From an uncultured Solibacteraceae bacterium (lineage in GTDB: Bacteria; Acidobacteriota; Terriglobia; Bryobacterales; Bryobacteraceae), in assembly GCA_963748795.1 (NCBI GenBank), contig CAVVLD010000118.1:3131-67130 (forward strand): a stretch of 64,000 nucleotides of DNA, written 5' to 3'. The translations under genes were made by a program, and so were the position numbers. The notes under the pieces are model-generated. The model ran no database searches. It was not told the origin of the DNA and saw only the letters and a list, made by a program, of their open reading frames with translations. Below are positions 31,701-41,785 of this stretch, piece after piece (positions within the stretch are counted from its first letter, which is position 1; the number at the start of each line of letters is the position of its first letter).

Positions 31701-32934
31701 TTCTACGGGCATCGGTCTCCGCCGACGCCACCGTTCGCGGCACGTTTGCCGCGCCCCAGGTCAGCGGCCGTGTCGCCTTTCAGAACGCCACCTTCCAGGT
31801 GAACGACCTGCCGAACGGAATTTCCAATGCCAATGGCACGATCCTGTTCACCGGAGATCGCGCTACCATTCAGAGCTTCCGGGGCGAGACCGGCGGCGGC
31901 AGTATCGCCGCTCTCCGGTTTTGCGGCTTATAGCGGCGGTCCGCTGGCGTTCCGGCTGCACGCGCGCCTCGACCAGGTGCGCGTCCGCTATCCCGAAGGC
32001 GTGAGCACGGTGGCCGACGCCAACCTGAACTTCACCGGCACCACCGACCGCAGCATGCTGGCCGGCACGATCACGATCCTGCGCACCGGCTTCAATCCGC
32101 AATCCGACTTCAGCTCGATCATGCTCCGCAATCGGCCGAACCGGTGCGCACGCCCGCGGCGCAGTCCGGGATTCTGGGCGGCATGAACTTCGACATTCAG
32201 ATTCAAACCGCGCCCGATATTCAGGTGGAGAGCACGCTCACCCAGGATATCGACGTGGAGGCCAACCTGCGGCTGCGCGGCACGTTCAGCAATCCGGCGG
32301 TGCTGGGCCGCATCAACATCACGCAGGGCCAGGTGGTCTTCTTCGGGACGAAGTACAACATCAGCCAGGGCTCTATCGCGTTCTACAACCCGGTGCGCGT
32401 CGAGCCGATGCTGGACATCGACCTGGAAACCAAGGCGCGCGGCATCGATGTCACCCTGACCGTCTCCGGCCCGCTGAGCAAGCTGAACCTGACGCCGCGC
32501 TCGCGATCCGCCGCTGCAGTTCAACGAAATCGTGGCGCTGCTGGCCACCGGGCGGGCCCCTACCACCGATCCCACGCATGCTGGCGCAGCAGGCCACCTC
32601 GCCGCAGTCCTGGCAGCAGATGGGCGCTTCGGCGCTGCTGGGCCAGGCCATCGCCAGCCCGGTGACGGGGCGCCTGCAGCGCTTCTTCGGCGTGAGCCAA
32701 GCTGCGCATCGATCCCACGCTGCCGGGCGTGGAATACAACCCGCAGGCGCGCCTCACGCTGGAGCAGCAGGTGACGCCGGATATCACGTTCACCTACATC
32801 ACCGACGTGACCAGCAGCAATCCGCAGGTGGTGCAGCGTGGAGTGGGCCTTCGCCAAGCAAGTGGTCGGTGGTGGCGCTGCGCGAGGAGAACGGCATGTT
32901 CGGCATGGACTTCTTTTTCAAGAAGCGGTTTTGA
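28792..32934 (+). CDS. tamB: TamB/AsmA-like translocation and assembly module protein (DUF490-type C-terminus), at least 6 frame changes
   Basis: N-terminal anchor VWILCSSLVGMALLLAGALVM, a ~1300-residue beta-rich body, and a C-terminus LTVSGPLSKLNLT ... PPLQFNEIVALLATGR ... LEQQVTPDITFTYITDVTSSN ... WSVVALREENGMFGMDFFFKKRF. ATGA-type overlap with the preceding gene. Confidence 0.7.
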
Positions 32935-32981
32935 CGGGCCGGGCGCAGGCCGGTGCGGCCCAGGCCCTACAATAAGCTTCT

Positions 32982-33697
32982 GTGGACCAGGCGATTCCCA
33001 TCGCGGCGGCGGGCTTGGCCGCGGCGGCCGGATGGATGACGTGGGCGGTGCGCGGACGTTCGTCGGCGGTGTTCGGCGCCTCGGTGTGGCGCGGACCGCG
33101 CGACCGGCGCGCCATCGCGCTCACCTTCGACGACGGCCCCAGCGAAAGCACGCCGCAGATCCTGGACATCCTGGCCGCGCTACCACGTGCCGGCCACGTT
33201 TTTTCAGGTGGGCGCCAACGTGGAGCGGCTGCCCCAGGTCGCGCGCGCCGTGGCGCAGGCGCGGCCACGAAATCGGCAACCACAGCCACACCCATCCGCT
33301 GTTCTGTTTCCGCTCGCCCGCGCTTCATGGAAGAGGACCTGCGGCGCGCCCAGGAAGCCATCGAACGGCACACCGGGCGACTCGTCCGGCCTGGTTCCGC
33401 GCGCCTTTCGGCGTACGCTGGTTCGGCCTGGGCAGGGCGCAGCGGCGGCTGAACCTGACCGGCGTCATGTGGACGGCAATCGGCTATGATTGGAATCTGA
33501 AGGCGGATGCGGTGGTCGAGCGGGTAGCCCGCGGCGCGTCGAATGGCGCTATCCTGTGTCTTCACGACGGACGCGAGCTTCGCGCCAGGCCGGATATCGG
33601 CGTGACCGTGGAGGCCGTCCGGCGCCTGGTTCCCGTGCTGCTGGACCGGGGCTACAGATTCGAAACGGTAAGCCGACTACTATGTCCGACGACCTGA
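32982..33697 (+). CDS. Polysaccharide deacetylase (NodB/CE4 family), frameshifted
   Basis: ALTFDDGPSE, ATFFQVGANV, GHEIGNHSHTHP, WFRAPFG and LCLHDG. Pieces lie in ORFs 32982..33452, 33187..33489 and 32729..33697. Confidence 0.75.
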
Positions 33698-33948
33698 TTC
33701 AACGAGTTCTGAAGGTGATCGCCACTTCCAAGCGGATTCCCCTCGAAACCGTCACCATCGACAGCGAATTCCAGCAGTTGGGAATCGATTCCATGGACGC
33801 GGTGGAGATCCTCTTCGCGCTGGAGAACGAGTTCGACATCAGCATTCCGGATGACGAAGTGCGCAGCGTGCGCAACGTGCGCCAGATGTGCGAGGGCGTG
33901 GAGAGGCTGGTGGCCGCCAAGTCCGCGGACGCGGCGGCCGGCCAGTAG
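33682..33948 (+). CDS. Acyl carrier protein
   Basis: 88 aa product with the phosphopantetheine-serine context LGIDSMDAVEILFALENEFDISIPD. ATG at 33682 within ORF 33490..33948. Confidence 0.8.
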   Translation: MSDDLIQRVLKVIATSKRIPLETVTIDSEFQQLGIDSMDAVEILFALENEFDISIPDDEVRSVRNVRQMCEGVERLVAAKSADAAAGQ

Positions 33949-33951
33949 CCG

Positions 33952-35170
33952 ATGCGGCGCGTCGCCATCACCGGCATGGGCGCGATCTGCGCGCTGGGCC
34001 GGAATACCGCGGAGTTCGCGGAGGCGCTGTGCGCAGGGCCGTTCCGGCATCGGCCCGATCGAATCCACCGACATCTCCCAGGTGCGCTTTCAGAACGGCG
34101 CCGAGGTGCAAGGGCTACAGCCACCAGCCCTATTTCGACGACCGCCGCGCCGACTTCATCGACCGCTTCGCGCAGTTCGCGGTGATCGCCGCGCGCGAGG
34201 CGGTGGCCGACGCCGGCGTGGAATGGACGCCGGAACTGCGCGAGACCGCGGCCATCGTCACCGGCTCCTGCGTGGGCGGCCAGAGCACCGAGGACATCGG
34301 CTTCCAGGAAGTCTACAAGCTGGGGCACAACCGCGTGCACCCGCTGACCATTCCGAAGACCATGGCCAACGCCGGCGCCAGCCACATCTCGATGGAGTTC
34401 GGCATCACCGGCCCCAGCTTTCACCATCTCGACGGCCTGCTCCTCGGCCGGCCATGCCATCGGCCAGGCATATCTGGATGGTGCGCCGCGGCGTCGACCG
34501 ATCTGGCGATCACCGGCGGCAGCGAAGCGCCCTTCAGCTTCGGAATTCTGAAGGCCTGGGAGGCCATGCGCGTGGTGTCGCCGGACACCTGCCGGCCGTT
34601 TTCCAAGGACCGCCGCGGCATGATTCTGGGCGAAGGCGCGGCCATGCTGGTGCTGGAGCCGCTGGAGGCGGCGCTGGCGCGCGGCGCGCGCATTCACGCG
34701 GAGATCGTGGGCTTCGGCATGTCGGCCGACGCCTGCCACATCACGCAGCCTTCGGCGGAAGGCGCCGCCCGCGCCATGCGCGCCGCCTTGCGCGACGCCG
34801 CGCTCGCGCCCGGAGGCAGATCGGCTACATCAACGCCCACGGCACCGGCACGCCGGCCAACGATCCCACCGAAACCGCGGCCATCCGCGGCGTGTTCGGC
34901 GACGCACGCGCGAGCGGCTGGCGGTCAGTTCCACCAAATCGATGCACGGCCACGCGCTGGGCGCCGCCGCCGCGCTGGAATGCGTGGCCACGGCGCTGGC
35001 GCTGCGCGACGGCGTTCTGCCGCCCACCGCCAACTTCAACGAGCCCGACCCGGAGTGCGACCTGGACGTGATTCCCAACTCGGCGCGGCGCGCAGCAGGT
35101 GGAGTACGCGCTCTCGAATTCCTTCGCCTTCGGCGGGCTGAACGCGGTGCTGGCGCTGCGCAAGGCGTAA
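33952..35170 (+). CDS. Beta-ketoacyl-ACP synthase II-like (KAS), at least 6 frame changes
   Basis: [16 protein letters not shown], the active-site Cys context [16 protein letters not shown] (alternate frame near 34425), [38 protein letters not shown] and [17 protein letters not shown], ending at TAA 35168..35170. Confidence 0.8.
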
Positions 35171-35179
35171 CATCCAGCC

Positions 35180-35279
35180 CACCACGGAGCCACTGAGGAC
35201 ACGGAGAAAGCACGGAGAAAATCGAGATTTGGTTTTGACTCCTCCGTGCTTTCTTCGTGTTCTCAGTGGCTCCGTGGTG
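35180..35279. repeat. REP-like long hairpin (38-nt arms, 24-nt loop)
   Basis: CACCACGGAGCCACTGAGGACACGGAGAAAGCACGGAG ... CTCCGTGCTTTCTTCGTGTTCTCAGTGGCTCCGTGGTG, with 36 of 38 positions complementary. It lies between convergent genes. A related element is at 63425..63523. Confidence 0.8.
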
Positions 35280-35294
35280 AAGGGGAGCGACGAC

Positions 35295-36564
35295 TCAGGA
35301 AAACAGCGTACTCCAGGAGGGATCCAGATATTGCCAGCGCTGGGTGCTGTAGCAACTGGTGGGGATTTCCGGAACGTAGAGGAGCCCGTGGCCCTGGACG
35401 CAGATCAGTTCGGTGCCGTACCATTCCAGGAACACGTGCGAGGGGCCTCCGATGCGCGTGGGGTTGCTGAGCACGCGCAGGCATACGGGGCAGCGGCGGC
35501 GCTGATCGGCAAGGGCCCAGCGCATGGCCACCACGCTGCTCACGATGAAGCCGTGCATTTGAAACCCGGCCCCCACCAGGGACGCCACGTCGAGAGATCC
35601 GAAACAAACGACCGGCAGCAGAAGAAGAGCTTTCAATCCGAAGAAAATCCAGCGCCGGTGCCGCGCGGAGTGATGCGCCGGATACTCTCCCAGCGAAAAC
35701 GTGGTAGTGGCCACCAGCAGCAATATGGATAAAAGCGTGGTCAAAACGTAAGGCAGCAGCATGCCCCCTTTCGCCAGGGAGGCGCACTCGAAGCTTTCGA
35801 AATTCCAGCGCGGCGCCGCCGGTGGGGGTGTGCCGAGGCGGGCCAGCACATATCCTTCCGTTCCCGCCGGCAGTTGCGCGATCCGCGCCTGGTCTACGAG
35901 CAGCCAGGCATCCATGCGGCCGGGAAGGTCCCACTGTCCGCGGGGGATCACGCCGGCGACTGTGGCCTTCTGCCCGCCGATATTCAGCACCCGGCCGGCG
36001 ATGTGAGGGTCGCTGTGAAAATACGCGCGCCACGCCTCGCGAGTGAGTACCAGGCGCGGGCCCGAAGCGGCGGCGACCGGGATTCCCAACAGTTCGAACA
36101 GATTGTCGCTGGCCAGCGCCACCGGCATGTGGGCCGTGTTCACGGGCAGGTAGTAGGCCATGCCGCGGAACCGGTACGGGATGCGCCGCGCCAGGGAAAG
36201 GAACTGGTCCACGGGCATGCGGTCACTCCCGCCGGAGGAGATCATCACCAGGCTGCGGGCGTCGCGATAGGGCGAAGGCAGCAGCAAGGCGCGGGGCAGC
36301 GGCAGGCAGAATGCGGCGGCCACGCAGACCGCGGCCATCGCTGCCAGAACCAGGATGCAGTGCACAGGGGAGTGCAGGCGGGCACGCGGGGCCGCGCGAT
36401 TGCTCCTCACCCAGAGCGCATCCCGGAATGCGCCGGCGCAAAATGCCGCGCGTATTTCCGTGGACGTACCACAGTTCCGATTGCCACTCCGCCAGCCACT
36501 CGGCGCGAGACTCGCCGGGCACCAGAAGGGCCGCCGTGCGCAGGATGGCGAGGGGCAGCGTCAT
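35295..36564 (-). CDS. PadR-linked membrane protein with a MacB-periplasmic-domain-like region and a C-terminal Cys-containing domain (one frameshift near 36400)
   Basis: N-terminus MTLPLAILRTAALLVPGESRAEWLAEWQSELWYV (ORF 36223..36714 frame; ATGA overlap with the padR stop), followed by ORF 35295..36410. The latter has a TM segment, a MacB_PCD-like stretch (LVLTREAWRAYFHSDPHIAGRVLNIGGQKATVAGVIP), 3 TM segments and the tail RRRCPVCLRVL...ELICVQGHG. Confidence 0.5.
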
Positions 36565-36881
36565 GCGTTCTCCGCCTCCGTGGCCGCCATCAGCCTGGCC
36601 AGCAGCGGATAGCGCTTGTGCGAGGCTTCCAGCGTCGCCTTGCCGGAACGCGTGAGCTTGTAGTATTTCCGCGGCGGGCGCTGACCGGCGTCGGCGACGC
36701 ATTGCGACTCCCATTGCGACCGGATCAGGCCGTCGCGCTCCAGCCGCCGCAGCGCCGGATAGACCGTGCCGCTGGGGAGGCCGGTCATCTCCATCACGCT
36801 GATAGCCGTAGACGTGGCCGGCAGTGGATGGCTTGCAGAATCAGGGCCGCGGTATGAGAGAGCTTCGGTTCGGCGCGCCAT
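36561..36881 (-). CDS. PadR-family transcriptional regulator (N-terminal frameshifts)
   Basis: AISVMEMTGLPSGTVYPALRRLERDGLIRSQWE...GQRPPRKYYKLTRSGKATLE is the PadR winged-helix signature. Upstream, ALILQAI and GHVYGY are visible in alternate frames. Confidence 0.75.
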   Translation of the reverse strand: MARRTEALSYRGPDSASHPLPATSTAISVMEMTGLPSGTVYPALRRLERDGLIRSQWESQCVADAGQRPPRKYYKLTRSGKATLEASHKRYPLLARLMAATEAENA

Positions 36882-36894
36882 CGGCCGAATTATA

Positions 36895-36942
36895 CCTATG
36901 TAGCATTCTACTTGACAAGGGGTAAGTAGCTTGCTACATAGG
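36895..36942. promoter_or_regulatory. 48-bp nested palindrome (candidate PadR operator) containing a TTGACA -35 box
   Basis: CCTATGTAGCAttCTACTTgacaaggggtAAGTAGctTGCTACATAGG lies in the divergent padR / ABC intergenic region. TTGACA is at 36912..36917, TACATA at 36935..36940 (17-nt spacer), and the ATG of the ABC ATPase at 36950. Confidence 0.5.
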
Positions 36943-36949
36943 GTCAGCC

Positions 36950-37718
36950 ATGCTCGAACTTCGCAACGTCTCCAAGCGATTCCCCGGCATCGCCGCGGTG
37001 GACAACGTCAGCTTTTCGGCGCGCGCCGGCGAAATCACCGGCTACCTCGGGCCGAACGGCTCCGGCAAATCCACCACCATGAAGATGATCACCGGCCTGA
37101 TCGAAGTCGACCTCCGGCGCAGATTCTCTTCGACGGCGAGCCCATCCAGCGCGACCTGATCGCCTACAAGCAGCGCATGGGCTACGTGCCGGAAGAGCCG
37201 CATCTCTACGCGCATCTCAGCGGCCTCGAATACCTGACGATGGTCGGGCCAGTTGCGCGACCTGCCGGCGAAGCCGACCGCCGAGCGCATCGACGGCCTG
37301 CTGCGCCTGCTCTCGCTGCACGGCGACCGGCACGCGCCCATCTCGTCCTACTCGAAAGGCATGCGGCAGAAGGTGCTGCTCTCCGCGGCGCTGCTGCACA
37401 ATCCCGACCTGCTCCTGCTGGACGAGCCGTTCTCCGGGCTCGACGTGGGCACGGCGCTGGTGCTGCGCAGCCTGATCCAGGAACTGGCGGCGCGCGGCAA
37501 GGTGGTGCTGTTCAGCTCGCACGAACTCGAGACGGTGGAGCGCGTCTGTTCGCACGTCGTGATTCTGCATCGCGGCAAGATCGTGGCCGACGATTCCATC
37601 GAGCGTCTGCGCACGCTGATGGCGCTGCCCACGCTGGAAGAGCATCTTCTCGCAGCTCGCCGTGGAGCAGGACACCGCGGCGATTTCGCGCGAGATCGCG
37701 GATCTGATCCGGGCATGA
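36950..37718 (+). CDS. ABC transporter ATP-binding protein (ABC-2/CcmA-like), frameshifted
   Basis: Walker A GPNGSGKSTT, Q-loop GYVPEEP, signature YSKGMRQKV, Walker B LLLLDEPFSGLD and H-loop SSHELE. Pieces lie in ORFs 36950..37159, 36931..37707 and 37253..37957. The stop TGA 37716..37718 overlaps the next ATG. Confidence 0.85.
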
Positions 37719-40475
37719 GGCGCCATGAGAAGCTGCAATTCCGCGTGCTCTATCGCGAGTTTCTGTTCCGCGTGGTCGATCTGGAAGTGCTCTCCGCGCA
37801 CGCGCAGGGCGACGCGAACAAACTGCTGGGACAGTTCGCGGCCCTGCTGATCTTTATCAGCGTATGGACGGCGCTCGGCGCGCTTCGGGTACGCCGGCAG
37901 CACCATGGCTCCGCCCGCGGCTTTGGCTCTTCCAGTTGGTCACCAGCCATTTCCTGATTGCGACCACCATGCTGGTGGTTGGTTTGTTCGCGGTGCTGAG
38001 TTGGGATTCCATGTTTCCCGACCGGCGCGACGTGCTGGTGCTCTCGCCTCTGCCGGTGCGCGCGCGCACCATGTTTCTGGCCAAGGTGGCGGCCGTGGCC
38101 ACGTCGCTACTGGTCTCAGTTGGCCTGCTGCACGGCGCCATGGGGCTGGTCTGGCCTTTCGCCTTCGCAGCCCACGCCACACCGCAGACCATTCCCGCGC
38201 TGACTGCCGATCCCACTCCGAATCCGGTATCGGCCGCCGATCTGCAAGCAGTCCTGACGCGCGATCTGAAGGAGCAACTTGACGCAAGGGCCCGCTGGCG
38301 CCCGGAAGCCGGCGGAGGACTGACGGTCGGGGTGTGGAAGCACGGCGATCGCCGCGTCTTCACGTATGGTGTCGCCGAACCCGATTCGCTCTTCGAGATC
38401 GGGTCCATCACCAAGACCTTCACCGGCCTGATGCTGGCGCAGATGGTGGTGCAGGGCAAGGTGACGCTGGACGAACCGGTCCGCCTGCTGCTTCCGCCCG
38501 GGACGGTCCGCAAGCCCAGCGGCGATGAGATCACGCTGATCGATATCGCCTCGCAGCATTCCGATCTGCCGCGGGCCGTTTCCGAAGACTGGCTGGAGTA
38601 CCTGTCGGGGCGCGGCGTCGGGAGGCGGGCGCAGGCTCCGTTTCAGTACAGTAACTTCGGCTTTCGGAGTCATGGGGCAAGTGCTCGCTAATCACGAAGG
38701 TCTCACGTATCCGCAACTCCTGGAGCAGCAGGTCATCGGCCCGCTCGGCCTGGCCAACACGGTGGCATCGCCTTCGCCCGAGCAGCAGAGACGGCTCATC
38801 CAGGGGTACAACGAGGCCCACCAGCCGGTGCCGCCGGACCTGGACGGATTGGCCGGCGCGGGCGCGATTGTTTCCACGGCCGGCGACCTTCTGAAGTACC
38901 TGGTGGCCAACATGCACCCGGAGACGCTCCCGGGCACTCTGCCCGAGGCTATGACCCTGGCCCACCGGCCCGCGCGCCGAAGGGCCGCCGCGCACGGAGA
39001 TCTGCCTGGCGTGGTTCTACACCGCGGAGAACGGCACCTGGTCGCATAGCGGCGCCAAGCGCGGCTACACCAGCTTTGCATTCTTCAACCCGGGAGGCGA
39101 TTATGCCGCGGTGGTCCTGCTGAATAACGGTCCCGATACGGCCGCCCTGGCCGACCTGCTGGGCGACCACATCCGGCAGCGCCTGGCGGGTGAGCCGGCT
39201 GTCTCGCTGGATACGGCGTTCATTCCCGCCAACCGCAATCTGCTTCGCTGGTATGCGGCCTATTGGTTCACCATGCTGGCAGCCGGAGCCTTCATTTATT
39301 GCTCGGTCTTGAGCTTGCAAGGGCTGGCCGCGCAACTGCTGCCGCGGCGGATCTTCCTGCGTGTCTCCGGCCTGCTGCAAATGGGCGCGTTCTGCCTGTT
39401 CCTGTGCGGATTCTTCCTGCAGCCGGCGTTTGGCGCGCTGACGGACCTCACCGCGCCGGGCTTCGAGCGCACTCTTCACTGGCTGCCGTCTTACTGGTTC
39501 CTGGGGCTGTTTCAACAATTGAACGGATCTCCCATTCCGCTGCTGAATATTCCGGCGACGCGCGCCTGGATCGGCCTCGCCGTGGTCATCGGGGCGGCGG
39601 CCATCTCGTACGGGCTGTCCTACGTGAGAACGCTCCGGCAAATTGTGGAACAGCCGGACATCGCACCGGGCGTACGGAAGCTCGGCTGGCTGCCGCCCTT
39701 TGGCGATCCCGCGCAGACGGCGATCGGCCAATTCGCCGTGCGCACGCTGGTGCGCAGCCGCCAGCATCGCATGATTCTGGCTTTCTATTTGGGCATTGGG
39801 TTTGCGTTCGCCATCTTCCTGTTGAAGTCTCCGGAGATGAAGCGCGCCGCCAGCACCCCCCTGCTTTCCGCCAGCATCGTCATGATGGTGCTGGCGGTAG
39901 TAGGCACCCGCGCGGTATTCTCCCTGCCGCTCGATCTGCGAGCGAACTGGATCTTCCGCATCACCAGCGTGCGGGGCGGGCCGAAAACCGTCGCGGCCAG
40001 CCGGCGCGCGCTTCTGGCCATCGCCGCGGCGCCGGTCTGGCTGATCACCGCGGTGCTCTGCCTTCGGCTTTGGCCCTTGCAGCAGGCGCTGGGACACCTG
40101 ACGCTTCTGGGGCTCATCGGGCTGCTCCTGACCGAAGCCTGCCTGCTGAACTTCCGGAAGATTCCGTTCACCTGCTCTTACCTTCCCGGAAAGTCCCAGA
40201 TTCACCTGATCTTCCTGGGCTCCCTGTGGCTTATGTATTTCGCCGGGCTGAGCGTGAAATTCGAGCTCGAAATGCTGCAGCAGGCTCGCAGCACCGCCAC
40301 GCTGGTGATGCCGTTCGCGGCGGCTGCGATTGCTCTGAGGATTGCCGCGATGCTGCTGAAGCCCGACGAAGACGAACTGCAATTCGAAGAATCCATAGCC
40401 CCGGCAGTCATGGAACTGGGACTGCACCGCGACGGGTTCATGCCGGTGGGCGCGCCGCCGGAGAGTCCCGGATAA
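37715..40475 (+). CDS. Large (~920 aa) polytopic membrane protein, putative ABC exporter permease, with an embedded serine beta-lactamase/esterase-fold domain (about 5 frame changes)
   Basis: N-terminal TM region (LLIFISVWTALGAL, FLIATTMLVVGLFAVL, VAAVATSLLVSVGLLHG). The beta-lactamase-fold domain has S-x-x-K (FEIGSITKTFTGLML), Y-x-N (FQYSNFGF) and H-x-G (WSHSGAKRGY). At least 8 TM segments follow in ORF 39111..40475. Confidence 0.6.
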
Positions 40476-40526
40476 TGTTACCTTCGAACTTATAGCCCCT
40501 CTGGCACGTATGTGCTGTAGGTTGCC

Positions 40527-41783
40527 GTGCGCCCGAAGAGTCATCGCATCACCGTATGGGTAACCGCGCGCGAAGCCTTCTGGATCGCCGCGGAAGCGCT
40601 GCGGAGTCACAAGCTGCGCTCGTTTCTCACGCTACTGGGCGTGGTGATCGCTACCACCACTTTGATTGTGGTCATGTCCGTGGTCAACGGCATGAACCTC
40701 TACATACAGGAACACATCGCCAACCTGGGCACGAACACGTTCGTGCTGCACCAGTTTCAGTGGGCCCAGAGCTTCGATACCTTCCTCCAGGCCCGCCGGC
40801 GCAACCAGCCCATCCGCATCGAAGATTACGAATACCTGCGGGACAATCTCCAGGGATACCTGCAAATCGGCGCCCTGGCGAATCTCAGCCCCAATCCACC
40901 GGCGCGTTACAAGAGTCACGTGATCGAGGAAATCACCCTGAACGGCATGACCGCCAGCTTTGCGGATATCGGTCGGGAGAAGATCCAGTCCGGCCGCTAC
41001 CTCAGCGAGAGCGATTATCAGCACAATGCCCGCGTCTGCGTGATCGGCCAGGACCTGGTGGAAAAGCTGTTCCCCAATATCGATCCCCTGGAAAAGGAAG
41101 TCTCGATCGGGGGCCTGCCGTTCCGCGTTATCGGCGTCGCCGAAAGAGTCGGCAGCACCTTCGGGCAGAGCGAGGATAACTTCGCCTTCGTGCCTCTTTC
41201 GACGGTGCGCAGCATCTGGCTGGGCCGTCCCGAGCTGCTGGTGTACATCAAAGCGCCGGACGGCAGTCACATGATGGAATTGCAGGACGAGGTACGGGCA
41301 TTGATGCGCGCCCGGCGCCACGTCCCGTATCACGAACCCGATACCTTCGGCATCAATGCGTCCGACACCCTGATGAGCGCGTGGAAGAACCTGACGGGCA
41401 CCATCTTCGCCGTGACCATCGGTCTGGTGGCCGTGTTCATGGTGGTGGGCGGAATCGTAATCATGAACATCATGCTGGCCAGCGTCACGGAGCGGACGCA
41501 CGAAATCGGCATTCGCAAATCGCTGGGGGCCAGGCGGCGCGACATCCTGTGGCAGTTCGTGATTGAAGCGGGGGTGATGTCCGGCGCGGGAGGACTTGCC
41601 GGGGTGCTGCTGGCTACGGGTATTGCGCGCATCGTGAACGCGTTCTTCACCGCGTCGGTGCCGATGAGCGCGATGGTGATGGGAGTCGCGTTATCGGCCA
41701 CGGTGGGCCTGTTTTTCGGCATTTACCCGGCGCGTAAAGCGGCGCGCCTGGAGCCCATCGAAGCGTTGCGAACGGAGAACTGA
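40527..41783 (+). CDS. MacB/FtsX-family ABC permease (MacB periplasmic core domain plus FtsX domain)
   Basis: Intact 418 aa ORF. Motifs: LRSHKLRSFLTLLGVVIATTTLIVVMS, the periplasmic domain, and VIMNIMLASVTERTHEIGIRKSLGARRRDI ... GIYPARKAARLEPIEALR. Confidence 0.8.
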   Translation: MRPKSHRITVWVTAREAFWIAAEALRSHKLRSFLTLLGVVIATTTLIVVMSVVNGMNLYIQEHIANLGTNTFVLHQFQWAQSFDTFLQARRRNQPIRIEDYEYLRDNLQGYLQIGALANLSPNPPARYKSHVIEEITLNGMTASFADIGREKIQSGRYLSESDYQHNARVCVIGQDLVEKLFPNIDPLEKEVSIGGLPFRVIGVAERVGSTFGQSEDNFAFVPLSTVRSIWLGRPELLVYIKAPDGSHMMELQDEVRALMRARRHVPYHEPDTFGINASDTLMSAWKNLTGTIFAVTIGLVAVFMVVGGIVIMNIMLASVTERTHEIGIRKSLGARRRDILWQFVIEAGVMSGAGGLAGVLLATGIARIVNAFFTASVPMSAMVMGVALSATVGLFFGIYPARKAARLEPIEALRTEN

Positions 41784-41785
41784 CG

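Noticed and set aside
35180-35279. Possibility that the GGAG-rich hairpin repeats are a CRISPR array or a structured ncRNA gene.
   Set aside because: There are only single inverted-repeat units, with no direct repeat-spacer periodicity and no cas genes. They are treated as REP-like hairpins.
40502-40516. Sigma54-like promoter motif TGGCACGTATGTGCT upstream of the first MacB permease.
   Set aside because: The GG-to-GC spacing is one nucleotide shorter than the strict TGGCAC-N5-TTGC consensus, the -12 element is TGC and not TTGC, and it lies only about 10 nt from the start codon. It would become interesting only if polishing adds a base.
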